A stretch of DNA of 64,000 nt, from the NCBI RefSeq assembly GCF_030028105.1, contig NC_092379.1, positions 19,445,309-19,509,308 of the forward strand, written 5' to 3'. Origin of the DNA: Mobula birostris (Eukaryota). The notes beneath the pieces are model-generated. The model was not told the origin of the DNA, did not search any database, and saw nothing but the letters and a program-made list of their open reading frames with translations. Both the position numbers and the translations under genes were made by a program. Below, one piece after another: positions 35,504 to 47,041 of this stretch (positions within the stretch are counted from its first letter, which is position 1; every line of letters begins with the position of its first letter).

Positions 35504-38500
35504 TGTAACTAGAGTCCTTGATGATGATGGTTTGGACTCAGATGCTGGGATATGCGAAGCAAAGTTCGAGACACGGTATCAAACTAGATCTGAGCACAGA
35601 ACAAATGCTGGACGATATCACAAGTAGGGTTATGATTGAGCACCAAATCTCTGTTCAGCTGTTCCTTAAATACTCAATGCTTGGCACCCAAACCATGATT
35701 ACCAATTAGCAGGACTATCTTGATCCCTGAAAGAGGCCAAGTCAGCTACTCGTACTCTGCAGAGTTAGATCATCTAAATCCCGGAAACTGGTGTGGATGG
35801 GAGCTTTTTATAATAGGAACCCCTGGCTGATTCCTCAATTCATGTGGGTACTTGCAGCTCGGAGAAGCGGGGATGATAATCATGGATGAGGGCCGGTTCT
35901 AAAATCAGGCACTCAGTAACTGGGTGGTGGCGGGGCTGATGGTGGTGGTGCTCAGGGGCTGATGCAGACAGGCTTTAATTTAAAGGTGTGGAAGGTGGGA
36001 TTGATCTTTAGGGTCTCAGGGAGCTGCAAGGTATAAGCCACTGGGTTTACTTTCCTCAGGACTTTGAAGGTTCCCATGATCTTGGGTGGCACCCAGATTC
36101 CACCCCACCCAGAGATGCAAATCATGAGAGGACAGCCAGTCCCGGTGCTCAGGCTGTAAAGTGGGTCCTTATCTTATCTTTTGTTTCACCTTGGTTTCCA
36201 CCCTCGGGGTAGAGGCCAGCAAAATTTCTCTTGCGCTATTCCATCTCTGTTTGCAGCATTGGATGAAATCTTCAGCTGCAGAGATCCCAACCTCGGCCTA
36301 CTGTTCCAGAAAAAGAGGCGGAGGATAGCCAGACTGATATCCCATGTGCTGAATGCTGTAAGGTGTTCTGAGTGACCTCTGCCCACATCAATGGTCACAA
36401 CACTCATCAGGTCTTTCCGAGGCCAGGCATCTTGGGTCAGTTCTTGTTTGGTCAGCTCGGTCTGACCATTGGATTGGAGTGAAACCCAGAGGAAAGGCTT
36501 ACTGTTGCCCCTATCAGTTTACAGAATGCCCTCCAGAGATTTGATGTGAATTGTGGACCACGATCCAAGACAATGTCCACCGGGAATCTGTAGATCCTGA
36601 AGACTTGGTCCAGGACAATTTCATCCATCTCCACTGCAGATGGTAGCTTCTCCAAAGTAATGGACTTGCAGGCTTTCGAGAACCAATTGACAATTACGAT
36701 GATGACTGACTTCCCCCTGGATGGTGGGAGACCCATGACAAGGTCCATGGAGATGTGTGTCCAGTGTCTTTCTGGAACAGGTAGTGGGTGGAGGAGCCCT
36801 TGATGTGTGGGTCTGCTCAATGAATATCCCCATTGGAGTACCTGGGACCAGACAGAATGTGGGACAAACAGCTGACCCAGAAGGTCATTCTCAGAAATTC
36901 CCCCCTGTGCTTTGGCCTATTGAACAAGAGTGTTGATTCCCCAATGAATTGGTTCTGCTACTCTGGCTTGTGGTAAAATGGTGGTAGGCTGCTCCTCTCG
37001 TTTGGTTCATCAAAATGACAGGACTGGGCATCTGGCTTCTGGTTCTTTGACTCTGGTCGATTGGTCAGGATGAATTCAAAGCAGTTAAAGAACAAACACC
37101 ACCTGGCCTGCCTCGAATTCAACCTCTTGTCCTCCTGAATATAAGCCAGGTTTTTGTGGTCAGTCCAATTGATAAAAAGGTTCATGGTCCCCTTGAGCCA
37201 GTGACTCTATTCCTCCAAAGCTAACTTAACTGCAAGGAGCTCCTGATTCCCATTGTCATAGTTCCTCTCTGCCGGAGACAGCCACCCAGAGAAGAGTACA
37301 CATGGTGCAGTTGACCATCCAAAGGTGATCGTTAAGACAAGATGGCACGCACTCCGATGTCTGAGGTGTCCACCTCCAAGATGACAGCAATGTCCGGGTT
37401 AGGAGACACCAAGGTGGAAGCTGTTGTGTGCCACTGTTTGAGCTCATCAAAACCAGCCTCTGCCTCAGCAGTCCTGACTTAAGGGTCTGTGGAATTTTTA
37501 ATTAGTGACATCATCAGAGCTGCCACTGAGCTGAAGTTCCTGATGAACTTCCAGTAGAAGTTTGCAAACCCCAGGAATCTTTGGACATGTTTGATTCTAG
37601 ATGGTGGTTGCCAGTCTCTGACAGCCTGAGTCTTGGTAGGGTCCATCTTGAGATTGCCATTGGAGATGATGAGCCCCAGAAATGAAACAGTCATCATGTG
37701 CAACTTGGATTCTCCAACTTGAAGACTCTTTAACATCCCTGACATGGACAAAATTCTCCTCCATGAACTTCGTGAAGATAAGGATATCATACGAGTAGAC
37801 GACAGCATACTTATGTAGGGTATCATGGAGCATGTTGTTTATAAAGGCCTGGAAAATAGCTGGAGCATTCACAAGGCTGAAGGGCATAACCAGGTACTCG
37901 TAGTGCCCCATCAGTGTATTGAATGCAGTCCTCCACTCATCGCATCACTTATATGGACCAGACTGTATGTGATCCGTAGGTCTAGTTTAGAGAATACTCT
38001 TGTTCCTTGGAGCATCTCGAAAGCTATATTAATGAGTGGTAGGGCTTAACGAATTTTGGCCATTCGGAAATTTAATCCCCTATAATCAATGCACAGCTGC
38101 AGGGTCCTATCCTTCTTTTGTATGAAGAAACCTGCGCTGGGGGTTGAAGTGAGGTGGAGGGCAGAATGAAGCCTTTGGTAAGAGCCTCCTCAACATACTG
38201 TTCCATTATGCTTTGCTCTGGGCCCGAGAACGCATACAATCAACCCCACGGGGGACAAGTACCGGACAACAGATCTATCAGATAGTCGTATGGTCAGTGC
38301 ACTGGAAGAGTTGAGGCCTTTTCCTTGCTTAAGACCTCCTTGAAGTTCTTGTAGACTGAAGGAGTTTCAACCTGTTTGTGTGTTCCTATCTCCTCCGGAT
38401 CTTCCTTCGAGGATGACCGCTGAAGCTTATTTGGGGGCAGGAGTGATTCCGAAGACCTCAGAGTGCACTCTCTCAGCTCACAAAGCTCACTCATGGAAGT

Positions 38501-38652
38501 GGGGCAAATCAGAGTCCAAATCCTTGTCTGCATTCTCAGATGATGACAGCGAGGCATTATAGAGAGTTATTTCCCCCTGGAAATAGGCTTCAAGGTTCGG
38601 TGTAGAGGAGTCTTTTCCCTTCCTTGAGAACTGACAGCTGGATTCCTTAAGC
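35504..38652 (-). mobile_element. Ty3/Gypsy element copy A (3' LTR plus partial pol)
   Basis: The LTR (35504-35815) is homologous to 53655-54189. [22 protein letters not shown]; RNase H DTSDIGV and [10 protein letters not shown]; integrase WTHISMDLVMGLP and DRGPQFTS. Truncated at 38652 against CR1 debris. Confidence 0.9.
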
Positions 38653-38820
38653 TTGGCTAGCTTACTTTCGTATTCCATCTTCTGCTTCTCTTTTTAATTG
38701 CCTTCCGGTGGTTTTTAAAATCTTCCCATTCTAACTTCCCCCTGATTTTTGCTCTATTATATTAACTTCCTTCCACAGATATTGGGTTCAGAAGTCCATA
38801 GTTCCCAGCATTTTATTTTT

Positions 38821-39545
38821 AGCTTTAAGTTCCTCAGGGTCAATATCGCAAATGACCTGACTTGGTCCAACCAAGCAGAGTTCACTGCCAAGAAGGCCCA
38901 CCAGTGCCTTTACTTCCTGAGAAAACTAAAGAAATTTGGCCTGGCCCCTAAAACCCTCACTAATTTTTATAGATGCACCATAGAAAGCATTCTTCTAGGG
39001 TGCATCACAACCTGGCATGGAAGTTGTCCTGTCCAAGACCGAAAGAAGCTGCGGAAGATCGTGAACATGGCGCAGCACATCACACAAACCAATCTTCCGT
39101 CCTTGGACTCACTTTACACCGCACGCTGTTGGAGCAGTGCTGCCAGAATAATCAAGGACACGACCCACCCAGCCAACACACTTTTTGTCCCTCTTCCCTC
39201 CGGGAGAAGGCTCAGGAGCTTGAAGACTCGTACGGCCAGATTTGGGAACAGCTTCTTTCCAACTGTGATAAGACTGCTGAATGGATCCTGACCCAGATCT
39301 GGACCGTACCCTCCAAATATCCAGACCTGCATTTCAGTTTTTTTGCACTACCTTACTTTCCATTGTTCTATTTTCTATTTATGATTTATAATTTAAATTT
39401 TTATATTTACTCATTTTTACTATTTTAAATACTTTTAATATTTAATATTTGTAATCCAGGGAACGGGAAGCACAGAATCAAATATCGCTGTGATGATTGT
39501 ACATTCTAGTATCAATTGTTTGGCGACAATAAAGTATAAAGTATT
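38821..39545 (+). mobile_element. Young Rex1/Babar-type LINE 3' fragment
   Basis: Open ORF FKFLRVNIANDLTWSN...LYFLRKLKKFG...FYRCTIESILLGCITTW. The tail is CAATAAAGTATAAAGTA. Confidence 0.9.
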
Positions 39546-39736
39546 TGCAGCCCTTCTTAAATTAAGGGGCAAAATTATCCGTACATATCACGTCTGTCCC
39601 AGAAAGCATGTGAAAGGTCCAGAGAACTGAATTCCTGCACCCTGTGCAAGGTTTCAGCAATGTACGATATGTTCAATTTTTAGCTCACCAGGACATAGCT
39701 CTGGGAATAATCCAAAGATTACCACTTAAATTATAG

Positions 39737-39885
39737 CCCTATAACTCCTGCCCTCAAACTTCTGCCCTGAAACTCGACCCCTGAAACTCCTGCCTTGAAA
39801 CTCGACCCCTGAAACTTCTACCCTGAATCTCATGCCCTGAAACCCCTGTCATGAAACTCCTGCCCTGAAACTCGACCCGTGAAAC
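39737..39885. repeat. 14-bp minisatellite, ~10.6 units, consensus CCCTGAAACTC(CTG/GAC)
   Basis: Units read directly, for example CCCTGAAACTCGAC, CCCTGAAACTCCTG and CCTTGAAACTCGAC. Confidence 0.9.
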
Positions 39886-40701
39886 ATTTTAACTCTTTTC
39901 TAACTCCCTTTATTCACTCCGCAGCAGCACATCCATTTTTCTGCCTATTGTCATTTGAACCAATGTGTGCAACCACTTCTGTCTGCTCACCCTCCTCGCT
40001 GAGAATGTTCTGCAATCGCTCAGAGTCATCCTCATCTGAATTATACTCTATTTGTAATTCCTCAGCCCACCTACCCAGCTGATCAAGATCCTACTGTAAT
40101 AGTTGCTAATCTTCTTCCCTCCCTACAATACCATCTATTTTAGTGTCACCTGTCATCTAATACTCGGGAACATGGGATTGATTCCCATCAATGAGAGGAC
40201 TCCTTCATCCAGGTATCAGCAGTCATTTGGATAAATCCCCAGGATAAGATTCAAAGGAACAATTCTCAGTCCGTCTCTGTAGGAATACCCCCTAATTCTG
40301 TGTTGTGTGAAAATATAATTGGATCAGTTTTTGGAGACTCACACATTCACATAATGGAGGAGATTTCTCGTGCCAAAATACAGGTTGCAGAGCAAGAAGT
40401 GAAGTTCTTTGCCACGATATGGACATTTGTCCACTTGCCTGGCCTTAGAGATGGCAGAGACTCCTTCCTTTCCCCTTCTCTCCCTCTTACTCTGTGATCT
40501 CTCCCTCCTTGCCCTTCCTTGCTTAGCTCTCTCTCTACCTGTCCTTTCTCTCCTTCCAGCTTCCCTGTGCTCATTTTGGACTGTTAGAATTACAATTTGC
40601 TGTTTCATTTCTCCCCCCGCCCCACCCCAAAGTTCATGGAGTCAGAAGCTGGCTCTGACAAGCTGCCTGCACTTTGTGCAAACAGACTGTCGGAGCCATT
40701 A

Positions 40702-40704
<3 letters not shown>

Positions 40705-40737
<33 letters not shown>
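40705..40737. repeat. (GA)n microsatellite
   Basis: About 16 GA units. A shorter orthologous tract lies at ~61038-61051. Confidence 0.95.
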
Positions 40738-40740
<3 letters not shown>

Positions 40741-41889
40741 CAGAGACACAAACAGGAAGCAGAAGGCAAAGCTGTTACTGTGAGCAATGGAGGATGTAAA
40801 ATATACTGGAGGACTGGCAGCATGTGCTCATGGAGGGAAAGGAGAGGCCAGGCCTGTGTCAGGAATCGACACTTCTGGAAGGGAGCAGACTTCAGTGGCA
40901 AGGTAAGGTCCTCAGTTGTTGCACATCCTGGATTTGCAGATGGCTGAAATGTCAATGAAATTAATTCACTATTTTACTGTTTATTATTTAACATAGTTAT
41001 GTTGTGATATTGTATTGAGTTGTTTCCATGGAAATTCCATTGATAATTGTTTCTAATTGTATAAAACTGCATGTGATAGAATTCCCCCAGATATGGCATT
41101 GGGAATGACTCTGTCAATAATTGTGTTGGTCAGTGCTGCTTACACATGCACTCCAGGTTATGGGCACAGGCGATCGCCTCCAATACGTGATTTTGGGTGC
41201 AGTCTTTAAAATCTGATCTGTATATATTTTCCCATATGACTGAACGTGGTGCATTCCCTGAGGTGTGGAGTTGGGAATCTGATTCTTGGATTCTTCCAAA
41301 TAACGGATTTTAATTTTTTTTTCACACATGGGAATCACAACCTTTCCGAAGATCAATCACAATTGATTCAATTCAATTTACCACTATTTCTGGTCCTGTG
41401 AAGGGGTATTTTTCCCATTGTCTGGTCTTTCATAGTTTTCCCCAAAGTCTATTTCTAGGGTATATTCCTTCAATATCTGGTCCTGTGTTCCTTGGACTTA
41501 CTCTGCTCAAATCAGCTGCTGGTGTCCGTTGTATTCTATTCTATTCTTGGTTTGCATTAATCTAGTACCTGTTTATGTTTTCTACTGGTGTGTTTTACCA
41601 CAGTATCTGGTGTATTTTCCTGCATTGGAATATTTTCTCAAAATGATCTCTTGCTGACATCACCTTAAAACATTTACATGGTCGATATCCAGTTCTGTGT
41701 CACCTGTACTTGTACCAACACCTCCACACTCTCTGATGGGGGATGCTGCAGGATGCATAAAGTTTCCTTCAGCTAAACACTGGGAAGACCAAAAGGTTTG
41801 GTCCCCACAGTGATTTCTGTTCCAGGGCATTGATGCTGTTAAGTGCCTTTTCAGTGACCTGAGAACAAAAATTGAGAGTGAATTTGCTC

Positions 41890-42300
41890 ACTTTACACCG
41901 CACACTGTCGGAGCAGTGCTGCCAGGATAATCAAGGACACGACCCACCCAGCCAACACACTTTTCGTCCCTCTTCCCTCCGGGAGAAGGCTCAGGAGCTT
42001 GAAGACTCGTACGGCCAGATTTGGGAACAACTGTGATAAGACTGCTGAACGGATCCTGACCCAGATCTGGCCGTACCCTCCAAATATCCGGACCTGCCTC
42101 TCGTTTTTTTTGCACGACCTTACTTTCCATTTTTCTATTTTCTATTTATGATTTATAATTTAAATTTTTAATATTTACTAATTTTTAATATTTTTAATAT
42201 TTAAAATCCAGGGAGTGGTAAGTGCAGAATCAAATATCGCTGTGATGATTGTATGTTCTAGTACCAATTGTTTGGCGACGATAAAGTATAAAGTATAAGT
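41890..42300 (-). mobile_element. Young Rex1/Babar-type 3' fragment (same family as 38821-39545), with an internal inversion-like junction
   Basis: Near-identical to 39110-39545 over CTCCGGGAGAAGGCTCAGGAGCTTGAAGACTCGTACGGCCAG and the tail GATAAAGTATAAAGTATAAGT. It reads in the same sense as the plus copy, so the strand call is uncertain. Confidence 0.7.
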
Positions 42301-43554
42301 AGTACAGAGGGACAGAGGTGCTGCCTTTCAGCTGAGACATTGAAGGGAGATTGTGTGTGCAATGGAGAAGCTCCTGTACCCACAGCTTTATGGGACGTGG
42401 AGTGTGGAGATTAGGATAATGTGTTGAAATTTGGGATTGGGACACTCATTGTGAAACATTCCATCAATATCTGGCTCTGGGATGCTCTGAGAAACTCTTC
42501 CAATGAGCCTCTGTGTTTTCCTGAATATCTTTCTCGGGGTGCAGCACCCCAGTATTCCCACTGTGGGAAATCCATTATGAACATGAGCAGTACGTGTTGG
42601 ACTATACTCTTATAAAACAGGCTGGAAATCTCTCCGATATTTGTCCCGGGATGCATTACCCACTTGTTGTACTTGGAGGCAGGTGAAGTCACTGCAGTGA
42701 TGAAGGAACTAAGGTGGGCTGAATGGCTTCCCTCAGTTTTATCAAATCCAGTCACTTAATTTTCTCATTTTCTTTGTTTTCAATTAATACAATTTCAAAT
42801 CATGACATAAACTCCAATGGAAAATGGAAAGAAAAGCTATAGGCAATGTTTTCCACAACTTTTAATTTATAAAATTTGGCAGAGCAAGATACGAAATGCA
42901 CCCTCCACCACACTCCCCATCCCCATGTCACCTTCAAGCTCCATAACAATCATACCCACTTCCTCACCTCCCTCTTCTCCTTCACTGACCACACCCCCAT
43001 TCCCCTGTTCCCCATTCCCAAGCCTTAACCCTGCCTTCCTCTCCCCTCCTGTATACCCCCTCCAGTGTCACATATCCTGCCATTTTCCCAATGTATCATC
43101 CATTGCTGTCCCTCCGCCCACTGAACCGGCTCTGTGCCCCCATTTCCCATCTGTCATCCCCGGTACATTTAGAGGTTTATTTTCTGAAATGAGCAGTTGC
43201 AGTGCAGTAGCCTCGGATTACCGAGTGAATGAGATGGAGACTCCATTTCCAAACATCGCAGCCACACGGGGATCTCTTGACTGAATGTGGGGCGTGCGTC
43301 TGCTGGTCACTGCTGAACCTGAAATATAGACAGGAGAGTATGATATTGTGTGTGACAAGGTGCAGCACAGACATTAACCTGTGAGGACAGGTGAACTAAA
43401 TAACAGACGGTCTGTCCTCATTCAAGGAGATGGAGCCCCATGAAGAGGTGTCTGTCAGTATTCTCCGAGGTCACTCCAAAACAAAAATCTGAGTATCAGT
43501 TCAGAACTTTAGGGTGATCCATAGTTTGGCTAATGTTTTAGGTCCTGAGTAAGA

Positions 43555-44165
43555 CCATAAAATAAGATATAGGGGCAGAATTAGGCCATTTGGCCCATTA
43601 AGTCTGTTCCAGTATTTCATCGTGGCTGATCCAATTTCCCTCTCAGCCCCAATCATGTGCCTTTTCCCAGTATCCCTTCATGCCCTGACTAATCAAGAAT
43701 CTTCCATCCTCTTCCTTAAATGTACCCAATGACTTGGGCACTACAGTTGCCTGTGGCAACAAAGTACACAGATTCTCCACTCTCTGGCTGAAGAAATCCC
43801 TGCTCATCTCTGTTCTAAATGGACGACCCTCTATTCTGAGGCTGTGTGCTCTGGTCTTAGACTCCCCCACCAGAGGAAACATAGGAAACATCCTCTCCAT
43901 ATCCATTCTATCGATGCCTTTTATCATTTGGTAGGTTTCAATGAGATCCCTACCTCATTCTTCTGAATTACAGTGAATACAGGCCCACAGCCACTAAACA
44001 CTTCTCATATGATAAGCCTTTCAATCCCGGAAACATTTTTGTGAGCCTCCTTTGAAACTTCTTCAATATCAGCACATCCTTTCTCAGACAAGGTGCCCAG
44101 AACTGCTCACCATACTCCAAATGAGGCCTCACCAGTGCCTTGTAAATCCCCAACATTACCCAACA
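43555..44165 (-). mobile_element. CR1 3' end
   Basis: LVRPHLEYGEQFWAP...; tail AGACCATAAAATAAGATATAGGGGCAG on the plus strand. Confidence 0.88.
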
Positions 44166-44209
44166 TTTTATATTTTTGTGTCAGTCTTCATGGTGGAGTA
44201 CACATCAAA

Positions 44210-47041
44210 CATCCCAAAGAGAGATGTTATGGTGCAATAGGAGGTATAGACCTCAACACAATAGCTATCACTAATGAGGTAGTGCTGAGTAAACTTGTGG
44301 GCCTGAAGATCCCTGATGGAATGCATCCCAGGGTACTGAAAAATATGGCAGAAGTTATAGTAGAGGCTTTGGTGATGACTTACCAAAATTATGTGGACTC
44401 TGAGCAGGTCCCCACGGATTGGAAGATGGCAAATGTCATGCTACACTTCAAAAAAAGATGTAGGCAAAAGACAGCTAACTATAGGCCAGTTAGTTTAACA
44501 TCTGTAGCTGGGAAAATGCTTAAAGCTATCATTAAAGAAGAAATAGTGAGGTTTCTTGAAAGAAGTGGATCCATCAGGCAGACACAGCATGGATTCAGCA
44601 AAGGCAGGTCCTGTTTGACAAATTTAATGGAGCTTTTTGAGGATATAACGAGTGCAGTGGATGGGGGGAACAGATGAAATTTATTTACTTGGATTTTCAG
44701 AAGTGCCACAAAACAGACTTATCCATAAGATAAGGATGCACAGAGTTGGGGGTGATGTATCAGCATGGATAGAGGATTGTTTAACTAATAGAAAGCAGAA
44801 AGTTGGGATACGTGGGTGTTACTCTGGTTGGCAGTCAGTGGTGAGCGGTGTGCCGCATGGGTCGGTGTTGGGCCTGCAACTGTTCACGATATACATTAAC
44901 GATCTGGAAGAGGGGAGTGAATGTAGTGTATCTAATTTTGCTGATGATACTAAATTGACTGGAAAAACAAATTGTGCAGAAGATACGGAGAGTCTGCAGA
45001 GAGATATAGATAGATTCAGTGAGTGGGCAAAGGTCCAGCAGATGGAATTCAATGTTGGTAAATATGAGCTCATTCACTGTGCAGAGGGACTTGGGAGTGC
45101 TTGTGTGTGAATCACAAAAGATTAGTTTGCAGGTGCAGCAGGCTATCACAAAGGCAAATGGAATGTTGGCCTACATTGCTTGAGGGATTAAATTTGAGAG
45201 CAGAGAGGTTATGCTGCAACTGTACAGGGTACTGGTGAGACTGCACCTGGAGTTTAGTTATGGTCTCCTTACTTGAAGGAGGATATGCTGACTTTGAAGG
45301 TGGTGCAGTGAAGGTTCACCAGGTTGATTCCAGAGATAAGGGGGTTAGACTATGTGGAGAGATTGAATCGCCAGAGACTGTACTCATTGGAATTCAGAAG
45401 ACTGAGAGGAGATCTTATATAAATTTATAACATTATGAGAGGGATAGATAAGATAGAGGCAGGAAAGTTGTTTCTGCTGGTAGGTGAGACTAGAACAAGG
45501 GGATATGGCCTCAAGATTCGGGGAAGTAGATATAAGATGGAGATGAGGAGGAACTGCTTTTCCCAGAGAGTGGTGAATCTGTGGAATTCTCTGCCTGATG
45601 AAGCAATGGAGGCTACCTCAGTAAATATATTTAAGACAAGGTTGGATCAATTTTTTGATTGAATTTTTTGAGGATGTGTCTAAACGTATTAATGAAGGTA
45701 GAGCAGTGGATGTCGTGTATATGGATTTCAGCAAGGGGTTTGGTAAGTTACCCCATGCAAGGCTTATTGAGAAAGTAAGGAGGAATGGGATCCAAGGGGA
45801 CATTGCTCTGTGGATCCAGAACTGGCTTGCCAACAGAAGGCAAAGTATGGTTGTAGACGGGTCATATTTTGCATGGAGGTTGGTGACCAGTGGTATGCCT
45901 CAGGGATCTGTTCTGGGACCCCTACTCTTCATGATTTTTATAAATGACCTGGAAGAGGAAGTGGAGGGATGGGTTAGTAAATTTGCTGATGATACAAAAG
46001 TTGGGGGTGTTATGGATAGTTTGGAGGGCTGTCGGAGGTTACAGTGGGACATAGGTAGGATGCAAAACTGGGCTGAGAAGTGGCAGATGGAGTTCAACCC
46101 AGGTAAGTGTGAAGTGGTTCATTTTGATAGGTCAAATATAATGGCAGAATATAGTATTAATGGTAAGACTCTCAGCAGTGTGGAGGATCAGAGAGATTTT
46201 GGGGTCCGAGTCCATAGGACACTCAAAGCTGCTACACAGTTTAACTCTGTGGTTAAGAAGGCATATGGTGCATTGGCCTTCATCAATCATGGGATTGAAT
46301 TTAGGAGTTGAGAGCTAATGTTGCAGCTATATGGGACCCTGGTCAGACCCCACTTGGAGCACTGTGCTCAGTTCTGGTTGCCTCACTACAGGAAGGATAT
46401 GGAAACCATAGAAAGGGTGCAGAGGAGATTTACAAGGATGTTGCCTGGATTGGGGAGCATGCCTTATGAGAATAGGTTGAGTGAACTCGGCCTTTCTTCC
46501 TTGGAGCAACAGAGGACGAGAGGTGTCCTGTTAGAGGTGTATAAGATGATGAGAGGCATTGATCATGTGGATAGTCAGAGGCTTTTTCCCCAGGCTGAAA
46601 TGGCTAGCACAAGAGGGCACAGTTTTAAGGTGCTTGGAAGTAGGTACAGAGGAAATGTCAGGGGTAAGTTTTTTATGCAGAGAGTTGTGAGTACGTGGAA
46701 TGGGCTGCCTGTGACAGTGGTGGAGGCAGATACAATAGGGTCTTTTAAGAGACTCCTGCATAGGTACCTGGAGCTTAGAAAAATAGAGGGCTATGAGTAA
46801 CCCTTGGTAATTTCTAAGGTAAGGACATGACCAGCACAGCTTTGTGGACTGAAGGGACTGTATTGTGCTGTAGGTTTTCTATGTTTCTATTTTTGCATAG
46901 ATGGGATATTAAGGGTTTTAGGGAAAAGGCAGGTAGGTGGAGATGAGTCCATGTCCAGATCAACCATGATCTTATTGAATGGCGGAGCAGGCTTGACGGG
47001 CCTGATGGCCAACTCCTGCTCCTACTTCTTATGTTCTTATG
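44210..47041 (+). mobile_element. CR1 ORF2 3' portion, with a second CR1 nested at ~45650-46890
   Basis: NYRPVSLTSVAGKMLK, GVPHGSVLG and NFADDTKL. The 3' UTR resumes after 46890 and ends CTTCTTATGTTCTTATG. Confidence 0.85.
45650..46890 (+). mobile_element. Relatively young CR1 RT and 3' end nested in another CR1
   Basis: ORFs 45655-46311 (DVVYMDFSKGF, GMPQGSVLGP, KFADDTK) and 46318-46800. The tail is TTTTCTATGTTTCTAT. Confidence 0.9.

Larger units (their letters stand above)
34800..43285. repeat. Segmental duplication unit A
   Basis: Collinear with 48050-63078: shared CR1 deletion junction, shared Gypsy insertion site GCCAATATGTACCAAGA(T/C)|TGT and shared unique blocks at 39.5-43.3 kb. Confidence 0.8.

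Noticed and set aside
39737-39885. CRISPR-like array
   Set aside because: The units are contiguous and degenerate with no unique spacers, and the context is eukaryotic.
40339-40608. B-box-like KCPYRGKELHFLLC in a minus-strand ORF
   Set aside because: The Cys/His spacing is incomplete and not conserved in the paralogous unit at 60.7 kb. The upstream part is low-complexity purine sequence.
41806-41873. V(D)J recombination signal: heptamer CACAGTG (41806) and nonamer-like ACAAAAATT (41865)
   Set aside because: The spacer is 52 bp, not 12 or 23, and no V or J coding segment is adjacent. The other CACAGTG/CACTGTG sites I checked lack nonamers.
42300-42350. DeuSINE/SacSINE-like relic GAGGTGCTGCCTTTCAGCTGAGACATT (also at ~62360)
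   Set aside because: It is too short to call without alignment to a consensus.
42817-43284. 155-aa Pro/Ser-rich ORF
   Set aside because: It mostly reflects a polypyrimidine tract, and the frame is not preserved in unit B except for the last 31 codons.
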